Source: an uncultured Rhodospirillales bacterium (GTDB taxonomy: Bacteria; Pseudomonadota; Alphaproteobacteria; Rhodospirillales; Casp-alpha2). From it: DNA of 64,000 nt. Each line of letters opens with the position of its first letter. Position 1 is the stretch's first letter. The position numbers and the translations under genes are program-made. The DNA is taken from contig CAXBEV010000008.1 of the NCBI GenBank assembly GCA_963974935.1, positions 21,322 through 85,321 of the forward strand, in the 5' to 3' direction. The notes under the pieces are model-generated. The model saw only the letters and a program-made list of their open reading frames with translations. It had not been told where the DNA came from and made no database searches. This document shows positions 27,569-37,541 of the stretch, one piece after another.

Positions 27569-28179
27569 TGCTTTTCGTCCATTTCCGCCGGTCTAAGACC
27601 AGTCAATCGTTCGTTCTCTCTTTGCAACGAGGTGGCAAGGCCACCCCTGAGTATCGTCAAAAACGACACCGCGCCTTTACCCACACCGGCACTAAGCTCG
27701 GCATTGGTCAGGCTGCCGGCAACCGGCAATTTTCCGGCCGCCATCGCGATGTCACGGCGACCGCCGCCCGCATCGGATGCGATGGCAACAATGCCTGCGC
27801 CGCCCTGCGCCAGGATTTCCAACACGCGATCAAAGCCAACCACCAACAAATCCGAACGCTTCGCGAGCCCGATGATGTCCTGACAACGTTTTGCCAACAT
27901 CGTTTCCAACGTCGACAACAGATCCGCTGGCACATTGACCTGCGCTTTTGCAGCGCGCGCAAACAGTTTTCGCTCGACCGCCTGCATAATAGCAGAACGA
28001 TCAGCAGAAACCCAAATCCCGCGACCCGGCAAACGCTCGCCCAAGTCCGGCACGATCACGCCGTCAGGACTAACGACAAAGCGAATCAAGCCATGCGTTG
28101 GCATACTGTCGCCGGTCGCAATACAGCGCCGAGCCGGTTCGCTTTTGTGCGCCTTCGTCATGTGTGCGTGCGTTGCCAT
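27565..28179 (-). CDS. YlxR (DUF448)-L7Ae-like fusion RNA-binding protein
   Basis: 204 aa. The N-terminal part [24 protein letters not shown]...PGRGIWV is YlxR-like. The C-terminal half is ribosomal L7Ae-like. Its stop overlaps the infB ATG (ATGA). Confidence 0.75.
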   Translation of the reverse strand: MATHAHMTKAHKSEPARRCIATGDSMPTHGLIRFVVSPDGVIVPDLGERLPGRGIWVSADRSAIMQAVERKLFARAAKAQVNVPADLLSTLETMLAKRCQDIIGLAKRSDLLVVGFDRVLEILAQGGAGIVAIASDAGGGRRDIAMAAGKLPVAGSLTNAELSAGVGKGAVSFLTILRGGLATSLQRENERLTGLRPAEMDEKQ

Positions 28180-28197
28180 TCCGTCCTATGGATCCTG

Positions 28198-29793
28198 TTA
28201 ACCAGCGTCCTCAGGTGCGTCGGTCGGCTTTTCATCGCCGCCCTCGGCATCTTCGCTCACCGGATCATCGGCGAACCAATGCGCACGTGCAGCCATGATC
28301 ACGGCATTGGCTTCATCCAACAACATGGTCCCAGCAGGCAGCATCTCGAGCAATTCGTCACCGGCCAAATCCGCCAGATCATCGAGAGTTTTAACGCCTT
28401 TTTCACCGATCGCCACCATGATGGCCGCGTTGATGCCGTCAAGCGCGGCAATGTCGTCTTCAACACCGAGCTCTTTACGCTTCGTGTTCATTTCTTCTTC
28501 GCGAGTCGACAAGAAGGCGCGCGCTCGGTCTTGCAATTCAGCGGCCACGTCTTCGTCAAAGCCTTCGATATCCACCAAGTCGTCCACCGGTACGAAGCCA
28601 ACTTCTTCGACCGAGCTGAAACCTTCGGTGACCAGCAGATGCGCAATCACGTCGTCCACATCCAAAGCTTCCACGAACATCTTCGAGCGGTCCTGGAATT
28701 CCTTTTGACGACGCTCAGACTCTTCAGCTTCGGTCAGGATATCGATATCCCAGCCCGACAACTGCGAGGCGAGGCGCACATTTTGACCACGGCGGCCGAT
28801 GGCGAGGCTAAGCTGCTCGTCTGGGACGACCACCTCGATCTTGTTGTTGTCTTCATCCAACACGACCTTGGCGACCTCAGCCGGTGCCAACGCGTTGACG
28901 ATGAAAGATGCGGCGTCTGGCGACCACTGGATGATATCGATCTTTTCACCCTGCAACTCGCCAACCACGGCCTGCACGCGCGAGCCCCGCATACCGATAC
29001 ATGGGCCCACTGGATCAATGCTGCTGTCATGCGAGACAACGGCGATTTTGGCACGCGATCCCGGGTCACGGGCAACGGCTTTGATTTCAATCACACCGTC
29101 ATAAATTTCCGGCACTTCCTGGGCAAACAATTTAGCCATGAAATCGGGGTGCGTACGCGATAAGAAAATCTGCGGGCCGCGGGGTTCACGACGGACATCG
29201 GCGATGTATGCACGGATACGGTCGCCGTTGTTGAAGTGCTCACGCGGAATCGACTCGTCACGGCGCAGAATAGCTTCAGCGCGGCCCAAATCGACGACGG
29301 CATTACCGTATTCCATCCGCTTGACCAGACCGTTGACGATTTCGCCAGTGCGGTCTTTGTATTCTTCGAATTGGCGCTCGCGCTCAGCTTCGCGCACCTT
29401 TTGGACGATCACCTGTTTCGCCGTTTGTGCAGCGATCCGGCCAAAGTCAATCGGAGGCAAGATGTCGACGATGAACTCACCCGCCGTCGCATCCGACTTT
29501 TTCCGCAGGGCATCGGTCAGGGGAAGCTGCGTGCACTCGTTTTCAATCTCGGCGCCGTCTTCGAGCACTTCAATATAACGTGCCAACATGATCTCGCCGG
29601 TTTTGCGGTCAATATGGGCGCGGATATCGTGCTCGTGGCCATACTTGGAGCGACCGGCTTTTTGGATGGCCATTTCCATGGCTTCCAATACCTCTTCACG
29701 CTCAATACCTTTATCGCGCGCGACGGTGTCGGCGACGGTCAGCAATTCCGGCCGGGCGTGAACGTCGCCGGCTTCCATCAAGGTTTCACTCAT
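28198..29793 (-). CDS. nusA: Transcription termination/antitermination factor NusA
   Basis: 531 aa with N-terminal, S1 and 2xKH domains and a C-terminal acidic repeat region. Its ATG overlaps the rimP stop. Confidence 0.95.
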   Translation of the reverse strand: MSETLMEAGDVHARPELLTVADTVARDKGIEREEVLEAMEMAIQKAGRSKYGHEHDIRAHIDRKTGEIMLARYIEVLEDGAEIENECTQLPLTDALRKKSDATAGEFIVDILPPIDFGRIAAQTAKQVIVQKVREAERERQFEEYKDRTGEIVNGLVKRMEYGNAVVDLGRAEAILRRDESIPREHFNNGDRIRAYIADVRREPRGPQIFLSRTHPDFMAKLFAQEVPEIYDGVIEIKAVARDPGSRAKIAVVSHDSSIDPVGPCIGMRGSRVQAVVGELQGEKIDIIQWSPDAASFIVNALAPAEVAKVVLDEDNNKIEVVVPDEQLSLAIGRRGQNVRLASQLSGWDIDILTEAEESERRQKEFQDRSKMFVEALDVDDVIAHLLVTEGFSSVEEVGFVPVDDLVDIEGFDEDVAAELQDRARAFLSTREEEMNTKRKELGVEDDIAALDGINAAIMVAIGEKGVKTLDDLADLAGDELLEMLPAGTMLLDEANAVIMAARAHWFADDPVSEDAEGGDEKPTDAPEDAG

Positions 29794-30290
29794 GATGCTT
29801 TTTCTTTCCCTAACTGGGCGATCATCTCGTCTGTGACGATCAGTTTTGCCTTAGCAATGTCGTCGATATGAAGCTGAACAGGCTCTCCATCAACGTCGAT
29901 TACCACATCTTTGCCATCCGTGCCGCTGACCCTGCCGCGAAAACGGCGACGACCATCAATCACGGTCTTTGTTTCAAGCTTTGCCTCAAATCCGGCAAAA
30001 CGGTCGAAATCTTTCAAACGCACCAGCGGCCGATCAAGACCCGGCGAGCTGACCTCAAGAGTATACGCATCGCTGATCGGGTCTTCGACGTCGAGCACAG
30101 CCGACACGGCACGCGAAATATCTGCACAATCATCAACATTCATCTCGCGGCCATCAAAGGGCTCGGCCATGATCTGCAAACGCGGATCACCGCCACCCAA
30201 CAACAGCACACGCACAACATCATACCCCAACGCTTCGATGGTCGGCGTGATGATATCTTGAACGCGCTGAGCAAGATCGGTGCCTGTCAC
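29790..30290 (-). CDS. rimP: Ribosome maturation factor RimP
   Basis: The sequence contains ...IITPTIEALGYDVVRVLLLGG...YTLEVSSPGLDRPL. I prefer the GTG at 30290, which has GAGAGGA 4 nt upstream. The maximal ORF would start at a TTG at 30341. Confidence 0.8.
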   Translation of the reverse strand: MTGTDLAQRVQDIITPTIEALGYDVVRVLLLGGGDPRLQIMAEPFDGREMNVDDCADISRAVSAVLDVEDPISDAYTLEVSSPGLDRPLVRLKDFDRFAGFEAKLETKTVIDGRRRFRGRVSGTDGKDVVIDVDGEPVQLHIDDIAKAKLIVTDEMIAQLGKEKAS

Positions 30291-30409
30291 AATGTCCTCT
30301 CGGTATTTTGTCTTCTCGGTATTTTTAGCCGTCTTCGTCAATCGGTGCCGTCCGACGCCCTACAAAAATTAGAGGCTTAGCATCGATCACCGCACCTCGT
30401 TCACCCAAC

Positions 30410-30435
30410 AAAAAAGGCGGGCCGCCGGCCCACCC
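30410..30435 (-). terminator. Rho-independent terminator after trmB
   Basis: Minus-strand RNA reads GGUGGGCC-GGC-GGCCCGCC followed by U6. Confidence 0.6.
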
Positions 30436-30551
30436 ATCAACCCCAGTCAATACGCTAGATCAACGAGCGCTCCCTTAGGAGCACGGGTGATATATCCAGA
30501 AACCCGCGTAAAAGCAAGGGATAACTCGTCAAATACGACCTTTCCGCAAGC

Positions 30552-31268
30552 TCAACGACGCGGCACGCGATGCATCACAAGATATGCCGGTAAGTCACCT
30601 TTCTTGCGGCCCTTGGCCTCGTAACGGGTCTCGACCCAGCCTGGCGGCGGAAGCCGCCAATCATCGGGGCGCAAGGCCGTCCATACCCATTCCGGGTGGC
30701 GCTGCACCTCGGCCAACGTCCAGGCGACGTAATCCGTATGATCGGAGGCAAAAATAAACGTGGCGTCATCGCACGCGATCCGCGCGAGGTCGCTCAAGGC
30801 GTCTTGCTGGACAAAACGCCGTCGATTGTGACGTGCCTTCGGCCAAGGATCCGGAAACAACAAATAAATTTTCGATATCGAGGCATCCGGCAACCTGGGC
30901 AACAGCCGTCGGGCATCCTCGTCAAACAGCCTAATATTGGTGAGGCCATCACGCTCAATATCGGCCAGCAAGGACGCGACACCGTTGATAAACGGCTCGC
31001 ATCCGATGAAGTCGACGTCCGGCTCGGCGGCAGCGACACCGCTTAAGTGCTCACCTGCCCCGAAACCGATTTCTAAATGAACTTGAGCGGCGTTTCGACC
31101 AAATGCTTCGGCGAAATCCACCAGCGTGTTTTCGTCTGCATCGGCAAGCCGCAACGCAGGCAAAAGCGTTTCAATAAGTTCGGCGCGACGGGGTCTAAGT
31201 TTATGGGTCCGCCGGCGGCCATACCATAATGGCTGGCCGTCCGGCGATTTTGGTGTCTCATCAATCAT
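30552..31268 (-). CDS. trmB: tRNA (guanine46-N7)-methyltransferase
   Basis: 238 aa with LEIGFGAGEHL (SAM-binding motif) and LLFPDPWPKARH. Confidence 0.9.
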   Translation of the reverse strand: MIDETPKSPDGQPLWYGRRRTHKLRPRRAELIETLLPALRLADADENTLVDFAEAFGRNAAQVHLEIGFGAGEHLSGVAAAEPDVDFIGCEPFINGVASLLADIERDGLTNIRLFDEDARRLLPRLPDASISKIYLLFPDPWPKARHNRRRFVQQDALSDLARIACDDATFIFASDHTDYVAWTLAEVQRHPEWVWTALRPDDWRLPPPGWVETRYEAKGRKKGDLPAYLVMHRVPRR

Positions 31269-31358
31269 AATATTCCCTCCCCTTCATATTTTTGGCAGAA
31301 CATAAAATCAGCCAAAAATGGGTCGGGTCGGCCAAAGGCCTAGCAAGAGACCGGCGCG

Positions 31359-32534
31359 TCAAGAAGCGCCGAGCGCTGCCTTGAGGCTATCGACCAGGTC
31401 TGTTTTCTCCCAAGAGAAACCGCCATCCGCATCCGGCGTGCGACCGAAGTGACCGTACGCAGCGGTACGAGCATAAATCGGACGGCTCAAAGCAAGATGT
31501 TCGCGGATACCCCGTGGCGAAAGATCAACCAGATCCAACAACGCGGCTGCAATGGCATCTTCGTCAACGCGCCCGGTAGCGTGGGTGTCGATGTAAACCG
31601 ACAACGGCTTGGAAACGCCGATGGCGTAAGACAACTGGATCGTGCATTTATCGGCGAGGCCCGCGGCCACCACGTTTTTCGCAAGGTAGCGACCTGCATA
31701 AGCGGCCGAGCGATCCACCTTGGTCGGGTCTTTACCCGAGAACGCGCCGCCACCATGCGGGGCCGCGCCACCGTAGGTATCGACAATAATTTTACGACCC
31801 GTCAAACCGGCGTCCCCGTCCGGGCCACCAATGACAAAACGACCCGTCGGGTTCACATATAATTCTTCGTCCGGACACATCCAACCATCAGGCAGCACGT
31901 TCTCAACGATGGGGCGCACCAATTCGCGCACATCGTCTTGGCTGAGGTCTTCGTCATGCTGGGTCGAGACCACGACCGACGCCGCACGGATCGGCTGGCC
32001 ATTTTGATATTCCAACGTCACCTGGCTTTTCGAATCCGGGCCGAAGCCTTTGAACTCGCCGCTTTTGCGTTTTTTCGCCATGTCTTCGAGGATGCGGTGC
32101 GAGAACACAATCGGCGCCGGCATCAACACATCGGTTTCGTTACAGGCATAGCCGAACATAATGCCTTGGTCGCCGGCACCTTCGTCTTTATTGCCGGCCG
32201 CATCCACACCCTGAGCGATATCGACGGACTGCGGATGAACGTAAATTTTGACGTCCGACTTTTCCCAATGGAAGTTGTCTTGGTCGTAGCCGATATCTTT
32301 AATCGCGGCGCGGGCCAATTCTTCCAACCTCGAAGGTGGTATTTCCTGCGCGCAACGAGTCTCCCCGGCGAGAACAACCAAATTGGTTGTCACCAACGTC
32401 TCAACGGCAACGCGTGCACCTGGGTCCAGCGCCAAATACGCATCTACAATTTCATCAGAAACGCGGTCGCAAATCTTATCCGGATGTCCTTCGGATACGG
32501 ACTCACTGGTAAAGAGGTAATTTTGTCTGCTCAC
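31359..32534 (-). CDS. metK: S-adenosylmethionine synthetase
   Basis: 391 aa with [16 protein letters not shown] and [12 protein letters not shown]. The start codon is GTG, with GGGAAGGGA upstream. Confidence 0.97.
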   Translation of the reverse strand: MSRQNYLFTSESVSEGHPDKICDRVSDEIVDAYLALDPGARVAVETLVTTNLVVLAGETRCAQEIPPSRLEELARAAIKDIGYDQDNFHWEKSDVKIYVHPQSVDIAQGVDAAGNKDEGAGDQGIMFGYACNETDVLMPAPIVFSHRILEDMAKKRKSGEFKGFGPDSKSQVTLEYQNGQPIRAASVVVSTQHDEDLSQDDVRELVRPIVENVLPDGWMCPDEELYVNPTGRFVIGGPDGDAGLTGRKIIVDTYGGAAPHGGGAFSGKDPTKVDRSAAYAGRYLAKNVVAAGLADKCTIQLSYAIGVSKPLSVYIDTHATGRVDEDAIAAALLDLVDLSPRGIREHLALSRPIYARTAAYGHFGRTPDADGGFSWEKTDLVDSLKAALGAS

Positions 32535-32604
32535 GTCGGTCCCTTCCCTGCCTGGGCATTACACTCACTGGACCGGGGGCTGGAAGCCGGGAAATCCCGA
32601 CCGC

Positions 32605-32655
32605 CCACTTAGCGCTATATTTTTCGTGGCGGCAAGCGGTCCAAATCCATCCACG
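32605..32655 (-). promoter_or_regulatory. SAM-II-type riboswitch aptamer upstream of metK
   Basis: The minus strand reads CGTGG-ATGGATTTGG-ACCGCTTGCCG-CCACG-AAAAATATAG-CGCTAAGTGG. It has the same architecture and shared blocks (CGTGG, GATTTG, TTGC, GCCACG, CGCTAA) as the metZ element. It lies 70 nt upstream of the metK start. Confidence 0.65.
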
Positions 32656-32801
32656 ACAACAGTTCGTTGCGGGTCGGTTTGTGACAACTTCAACACCAAG
32701 CGTCAAGCGAATCTGTGGCGCAGTAAGGATAAACGGGACCTGCTCGACAAGCCTGTACCAATCTAGGCCACTTGTTTGGCTTTGAAATGCGGCAGATTTA
32801 G

Positions 32802-33329
32802 TTACTCTTCGTCTGGCAGATTCGCCATGGAACGTAACAATTCATACAGTCGGCGACGGACTTTTGGATCGTTGATACGATAGTATGAACGAACCAACTC
32901 CAACGTTTCTTGACGCGAAAGAGGGTCTTCATCCATTTTCGCTTGCTCGCGATCAGATAATCCGCCTTTGTCGCCGCGCTTCAATTTGCTTTGCGGGACA
33001 AATGCGCCAACATCACCGATCGCACCATCAGGCATATCTTCGAAAAAGAACGCGACCGGGACAGCCAAGATATGACTAAACTGATACAAGCGGCTTGAGC
33101 CGATCCGGTTTGCGCCACGTTCGTACTTTTGAATTTGCTGAAATGTAAGGCCGACAGCATCGCCGAGCTTTTCTTGGGACATGCCAAGCATCGTTCGACG
33201 CAGCCTGACGCGGCTCCCGACGTGCACATCAACCGGATGCGATTTCCCCGTTGACGCTTTTTTAGGCCCACTGGATCCACCTCCGGAGGTGGATGGGCTC
33301 ATGTTCATGGGTGACGATGAATTGATCAC
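32802..33329 (-). CDS. XRE-family helix-turn-helix transcriptional regulator
   Basis: 175 aa with the HTH motif RLRRTMLGMSQEKLGDAVGLTFQQIQKYERGANRI. The start codon is GTG, with GGAGG 5 nt upstream. Confidence 0.8.
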   Translation of the reverse strand: MINSSSPMNMSPSTSGGGSSGPKKASTGKSHPVDVHVGSRVRLRRTMLGMSQEKLGDAVGLTFQQIQKYERGANRIGSSRLYQFSHILAVPVAFFFEDMPDGAIGDVGAFVPQSKLKRGDKGGLSDREQAKMDEDPLSRQETLELVRSYYRINDPKVRRRLYELLRSMANLPDEE

Positions 33330-33429
33330 TTAATCCTCCGAGGCTTATTCGGCGAAGGGCATGGAACTTTCTTGTACACCAATTATACGGGGAAAACTAG
33401 GCGCACGTAAAAGACGAAAGTTTAAAGCC

Positions 33430-35013
33430 CTAATCCCGTTTATGTATACGAGCGCTAATCTTTTTAATATAAGACGATAAAACCGCGAAAACTGCTAACA
33501 AAAAACCACCCCAATGAGCAAGCTTTGACGATACTGTCTGCCCGATGGCCTCAGGCAACGGCGCGTCAACAACGCCTTGTTTTTCCAAAGCTAATTGGTT
33601 TCTGACACGACCGAATGGATCGATCACTGCGGATATCCCCGTATTTGCTGCGCGCACCACGGGCAAGCCTTCTTCGATGGCGCGAAACTGCGCTTGCACC
33701 AAATGCTGATAGGGGCCGGACGATGGTCCAAACCATGCGTCATTGGTTATATTAAGTATCCATTCCGGTCGATTGCTCGGATCGACAACATTGCCGGAGA
33801 AAATAATCTCATAACAAATGACTGGGGAAAACGCTGGGAGACCGTCCACCTTGATCGTCTGTGGCCCCGGTCCAGGCGTAAAATCGCCCCGCCCTTCAAC
33901 AAATTTTTCCAACGGCAGCCAATCACGCAGCGGCACATATTCCCCGAACGGCACCAGATGAAATTTATCGAATGATGCCACGATGTCACCGTCATCATCG
34001 ATCACGAACAAACTGTTGAAAAACTGTCCCGCAGCATTCCGCCTAGGTGCGCCGAAAAAAAGGTGCCCACCTTTCGGCACCGCAGCGGCCAGAGATGCCG
34101 GGACCTCTGAGCCTGGCTCAATCAAAACCGGCACGTTTGTCTCGGCCCAGATAACATCGGTCGGCGCACCGGCGGGACCCGCCGTCCGTTTACTCATCGC
34201 CATCTGTCTGAGCACATGTTGCTGGCGTAAATCACGCCGCCATTTCAGCTTTTGATCAATCGCCGGCTGAACAAGACGCAACACAACGTCATCTCGGGTC
34301 AATAAACCTGCGTCCGACAATCGATATGCGCCGATGCCCCACATCAACGGCAACAGCAAACTAACCGCCAGTGCCATCATTTTTTGTTGCGCAGAAATTT
34401 GACCGGAGGTCGGCTGCGAACTGGCAAACAAAACCGCAGGGGCTGCGAAGGCGCATGCGGTCAAGAAACTGAGGCCGAGCGCACCGATATACGCGGCGGG
34501 CTGCATCATCTCGGGCGACAGCCCCCAAACGGTCGCAAGCGGATTCCACGGAAACCCAGTCAGCAATATCCCCCGCAGCCATTCACCCAAGGTCCAACAT
34601 CCAGCAAACACCGGCACCAAAACCATTGGCCCACCTGCGCCACGCCGCATCAAAATATTCACAGCCGCAGACGCCATCGCAATGTAGAGCGCCATGCAGA
34701 CACTAATACCGATCACGGCCACCGGCATCAAAGCTGCAAACTGTTCAGCGTCAACGAGGAACGCATACCCGATCCAGTAAAGGCCGACGCCAAACCAACC
34801 CAGCCCGAAAAGCCACCCCTCAACTGCGGCATAGCGCATATCGCGGGCAGTGAAATTCAATAGAGCAAGACCGGCGAGGCCGGGCCATAGCAGCGGCAGT
34901 GCGTAGAGGGGCGGCAGTGCGAGGGCGCTTAAGATGCCAAGAGACAACGCCAAAGCATAACGACGCCAGCCGGGGATCAGCAGTCTTGAGCCTTGATCTT
35001 GCTCAGGAGTCAT
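33430..35013 (-). CDS. lnt: Apolipoprotein N-acyltransferase
   Basis: 527 aa with N-terminal TM helices and a CN-hydrolase domain (active-site region PVICYEIIF). Its start overlaps the corC stop. Confidence 0.9.
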   Translation of the reverse strand: MTPEQDQGSRLLIPGWRRYALALSLGILSALALPPLYALPLLWPGLAGLALLNFTARDMRYAAVEGWLFGLGWFGVGLYWIGYAFLVDAEQFAALMPVAVIGISVCMALYIAMASAAVNILMRRGAGGPMVLVPVFAGCWTLGEWLRGILLTGFPWNPLATVWGLSPEMMQPAAYIGALGLSFLTACAFAAPAVLFASSQPTSGQISAQQKMMALAVSLLLPLMWGIGAYRLSDAGLLTRDDVVLRLVQPAIDQKLKWRRDLRQQHVLRQMAMSKRTAGPAGAPTDVIWAETNVPVLIEPGSEVPASLAAAVPKGGHLFFGAPRRNAAGQFFNSLFVIDDDGDIVASFDKFHLVPFGEYVPLRDWLPLEKFVEGRGDFTPGPGPQTIKVDGLPAFSPVICYEIIFSGNVVDPSNRPEWILNITNDAWFGPSSGPYQHLVQAQFRAIEEGLPVVRAANTGISAVIDPFGRVRNQLALEKQGVVDAPLPEAIGQTVSSKLAHWGGFLLAVFAVLSSYIKKISARIHKRD

Positions 35014-35957
35014 CCGGCAGTGGTCGCCGATGCAGTTTCCGCATCAACGCGACGGCGCACCCGAACACGATGCACACGTCTTGGGTCCGCGTCTAAAATT
35101 TCAAACTCAATGCCGCCACGATGCGCGATGATCTCACCTCGGATCGGCACGCGACCCGCGACCGTGAACACGAGGCCGCCAAGCGTATCGATATCCTCAC
35201 GTTCGTCTTCATCGACGATCGGGCCAATGCGGCTTTCCAATTTTTCGATTTCGATCCGCGCATCGGCGACCCATGAGCCGTCGCGTCGTCGTTCAATCTT
35301 CGGCTCATCGTCGCGGTCATGTTCATCTTCGATTTCGCCGACGATTTCTTCGACCAAATCTTCGATGGTCACAAGCCCGTCTACGCCACCAAATTCATCA
35401 ACCACCAACGCCATATGCGAGCGCTTCACCCGCATTTCCAACAACAGCTCCAACACCCGCATGGAGGGCGCAACAAACAACATTTTGCGTTGCACGTCGG
35501 CGACCTTGAAATCTTTGTCCTTACCGCGCCAGCCCAGCACATCTTTAATATGCACGACACCTTGGGCATCATCCAAAGTATCGCGGTACACAGGTAGGCG
35601 CGAGTGGCCGCCACGCGTCGCAACATCAATGATATCGGGCAACGTCGCGGAAACGGGTATCGCACTGATATCCGCGCGCGGCACCATCACGTCGTAAATT
35701 GTCAGATTGCGCAGCTCGAGGATGTTCGCGACCAACAATCGCTCGTCAGGGTCCAGCGGTTGCTCGGAGTCTTCGCGCTCTTCAATCAGTTCATCTAGGG
35801 TATCGCGAGGCGAATCACTGCCGGACGACATTCGTTTGATGCCACGCATCCAACCACGTACGACGTCTGAGAAATTTCCGTTCTTTTGCTCGTTGCTCGG
35901 AGCACCTTCGCCGTGCCCGCTACTAGAGGGTTCCCCATTCGGGGTCGTGTCGTTCAT
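35010..35957 (-). CDS. corC: CBS-pair/CorC_HlyC domain protein (CorC/TlyC family)
   Basis: 315 aa with a CBS pair followed by a transporter-associated C-terminal domain. It sits in the conserved miaB-phoH-ybeY-corC-lnt order. Confidence 0.8.
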   Translation of the reverse strand: MNDTTPNGEPSSSGHGEGAPSNEQKNGNFSDVVRGWMRGIKRMSSGSDSPRDTLDELIEEREDSEQPLDPDERLLVANILELRNLTIYDVMVPRADISAIPVSATLPDIIDVATRGGHSRLPVYRDTLDDAQGVVHIKDVLGWRGKDKDFKVADVQRKMLFVAPSMRVLELLLEMRVKRSHMALVVDEFGGVDGLVTIEDLVEEIVGEIEDEHDRDDEPKIERRRDGSWVADARIEIEKLESRIGPIVDEDEREDIDTLGGLVFTVAGRVPIRGEIIAHRGGIEFEILDADPRRVHRVRVRRRVDAETASATTAG

Positions 35958-35968
35958 TTTTTTATCCG

Positions 35969-36505
35969 TCAGCCTATGCCCGGCGCATCATCATCCAGAT
36001 ATGGATTACCGACGCCGAGCTTTCCCAGAATAGTTATCTCAAGATGCTCCATTTTCTCTGCATCTTCCGTATTTTCGTGATCATACCCGCAAAGGTGCAA
36101 CATACCATGCACCAAAAGATGCGAAAAATGATCGTGCCACGATATACCTTGGGTCGATCTTTCCCGATCAACCGTCTCAAAAGCAATAACGATGTCTCCC
36201 AACGTTTCGGGCACGTCTTTAGGTGCCGCCGGTCCAGTGCCGTCCCAAGCCGGAAACGATAACACATTGGTAGATGTGTCTTTGCCGCGATATGTTTTGT
36301 TTAAGGCTCGCTGCTCAGCGTCATCGGTCAGCACCACCGACACTTCAAATAACCCATTGTTGGGCGCGGCAAAGTCCCAAGCTGTGCTCATCGTGGTCGC
36401 ACAGAGGGCATCAATATCACCCAAGACGTCTTTCCAAGCCTCGGCCCGCACATTGATATCGATCTGCAGGCGCGTATTCCCCTGAAGGACAGGTTTAAGA
36501 TTCAT
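35969..36505 (-). CDS. ybeY: rRNA maturation endoribonuclease YbeY
   Basis: The start is trimmed to the ATG at 36505 (MNLKPVLQ), which overlaps the end of phoH. It carries the H3xH5xH motif HLLVHGMLHLCGYDH. Confidence 0.9.
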   Translation of the reverse strand: MNLKPVLQGNTRLQIDINVRAEAWKDVLGDIDALCATTMSTAWDFAAPNNGLFEVSVVLTDDAEQRALNKTYRGKDTSTNVLSFPAWDGTGPAAPKDVPETLGDIVIAFETVDRERSTQGISWHDHFSHLLVHGMLHLCGYDHENTEDAEKMEHLEITILGKLGVGNPYLDDDAPGIG

Positions 36506-37541
36506 GATCTCCGGCACTATCGTCCTCGTTATGGTACTCAGCCCCGGCGCCACGCTGGTTTTCGAGGCGCCGATACGCGTGCACGATCTTGCCCACTAAC
36601 GGGTGGCGGACGACATCCGCGTCTTGAAACTTCAAAAAGCGGATGTCGTCAACATGGCTAAGCGCTTCGCACGCATCACGAAGGCCCGAACGCGTACCGC
36701 GCGGCAGGTCAACCTGACTAAGGTCGCCGGTGATCACCATGCGCGAGTTCTCGCCCAAGCGGGTCAGAAACATTTTCATCTGCACAGCTGTGGTGTTTTG
36801 CGCTTCATCCAAAATCACAAACGCGTTCGCCAGGGTGCGGCCACGCATGAACGCCAACGGGGCAACTTCAATTTCGCCGGATTCTAACCGCTTCTGCACT
36901 TGTTGAGCCGGCATCATATCGTGCAACGCGTCGTACAAGGGCCGCAAATAGGGATCGACTTTTTCGCGCATATCGCCCGGCAAAAAGCCCAACTGCTCGC
37001 CCGCTTCTACGGCAGGTCTGGACAAGATAATGCGTTCAACATCGCCGCGCACCAGACGCTCGACCGCTTTGGCGACAGCCAAATAGGTCTTACCGGTACC
37101 GGCAGGACCTTCCGCAAAAACCAGTTCGGACTCGTCGATCGCGCGCAGATAGTCAGCTTGCGTGGGCGTCCGTGCGGTCACAACCCGATTGCGAATACTG
37201 ACCCCGGCATCGTGACTGGACGGCATTTTACGCTCAGGCTCAGCGGAAAATCTCAACATCGCATCGACCTCGGGTTGATCGATGTCCTGTCCTTTTTCGA
37301 GTCGCTCATAAAGCGTATCCAATACGCTGACCGCGCGGGCCGCGGCTTCGGGGTCACCGGCGATCGTAACCTCATTGCCACGCGCATGAATGACCACCGA
37401 CAAGCCGGATTCAATCTGCGCCAAATGACAATGATGCGGCCCGAATAACGCGAGCGCCAAGCCATTGTTAGGGAATTGTTTTTTGCGGGTAATGGCGGCA
37501 CCGTCTTTGCGACGGGCCGTAGGTTTCGCGGCGCGGCTCAA
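36495..37541 (-). CDS. phoH: PhoH-like ATPase (YbeZ)
   Basis: 348 aa with Walker A motif [12 protein letters not shown] and ILDEAQNT. Confidence 0.9.
   Translation of the reverse strand: MSRAAKPTARRKDGAAITRKKQFPNNGLALALFGPHHCHLAQIESGLSVVIHARGNEVTIAGDPEAAARAVSVLDTLYERLEKGQDIDQPEVDAMLRFSAEPERKMPSSHDAGVSIRNRVVTARTPTQADYLRAIDESELVFAEGPAGTGKTYLAVAKAVERLVRGDVERIILSRPAVEAGEQLGFLPGDMREKVDPYLRPLYDALHDMMPAQQVQKRLESGEIEVAPLAFMRGRTLANAFVILDEAQNTTAVQMKMFLTRLGENSRMVITGDLSQVDLPRGTRSGLRDACEALSHVDDIRFLKFQDADVVRHPLVGKIVHAYRRLENQRGAGAEYHNEDDSAGDHES

Noticed and set aside
24842-29163. Long plus-strand ORFs (24842-26431 at 529 aa; 27346-29163 at 605 aa; 26562-27203; 27200-27883)
   Set aside because: All are antisense to infB, ylxR and nusA. 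They lack an SD and any motif. They are GC-rich shadow ORFs.
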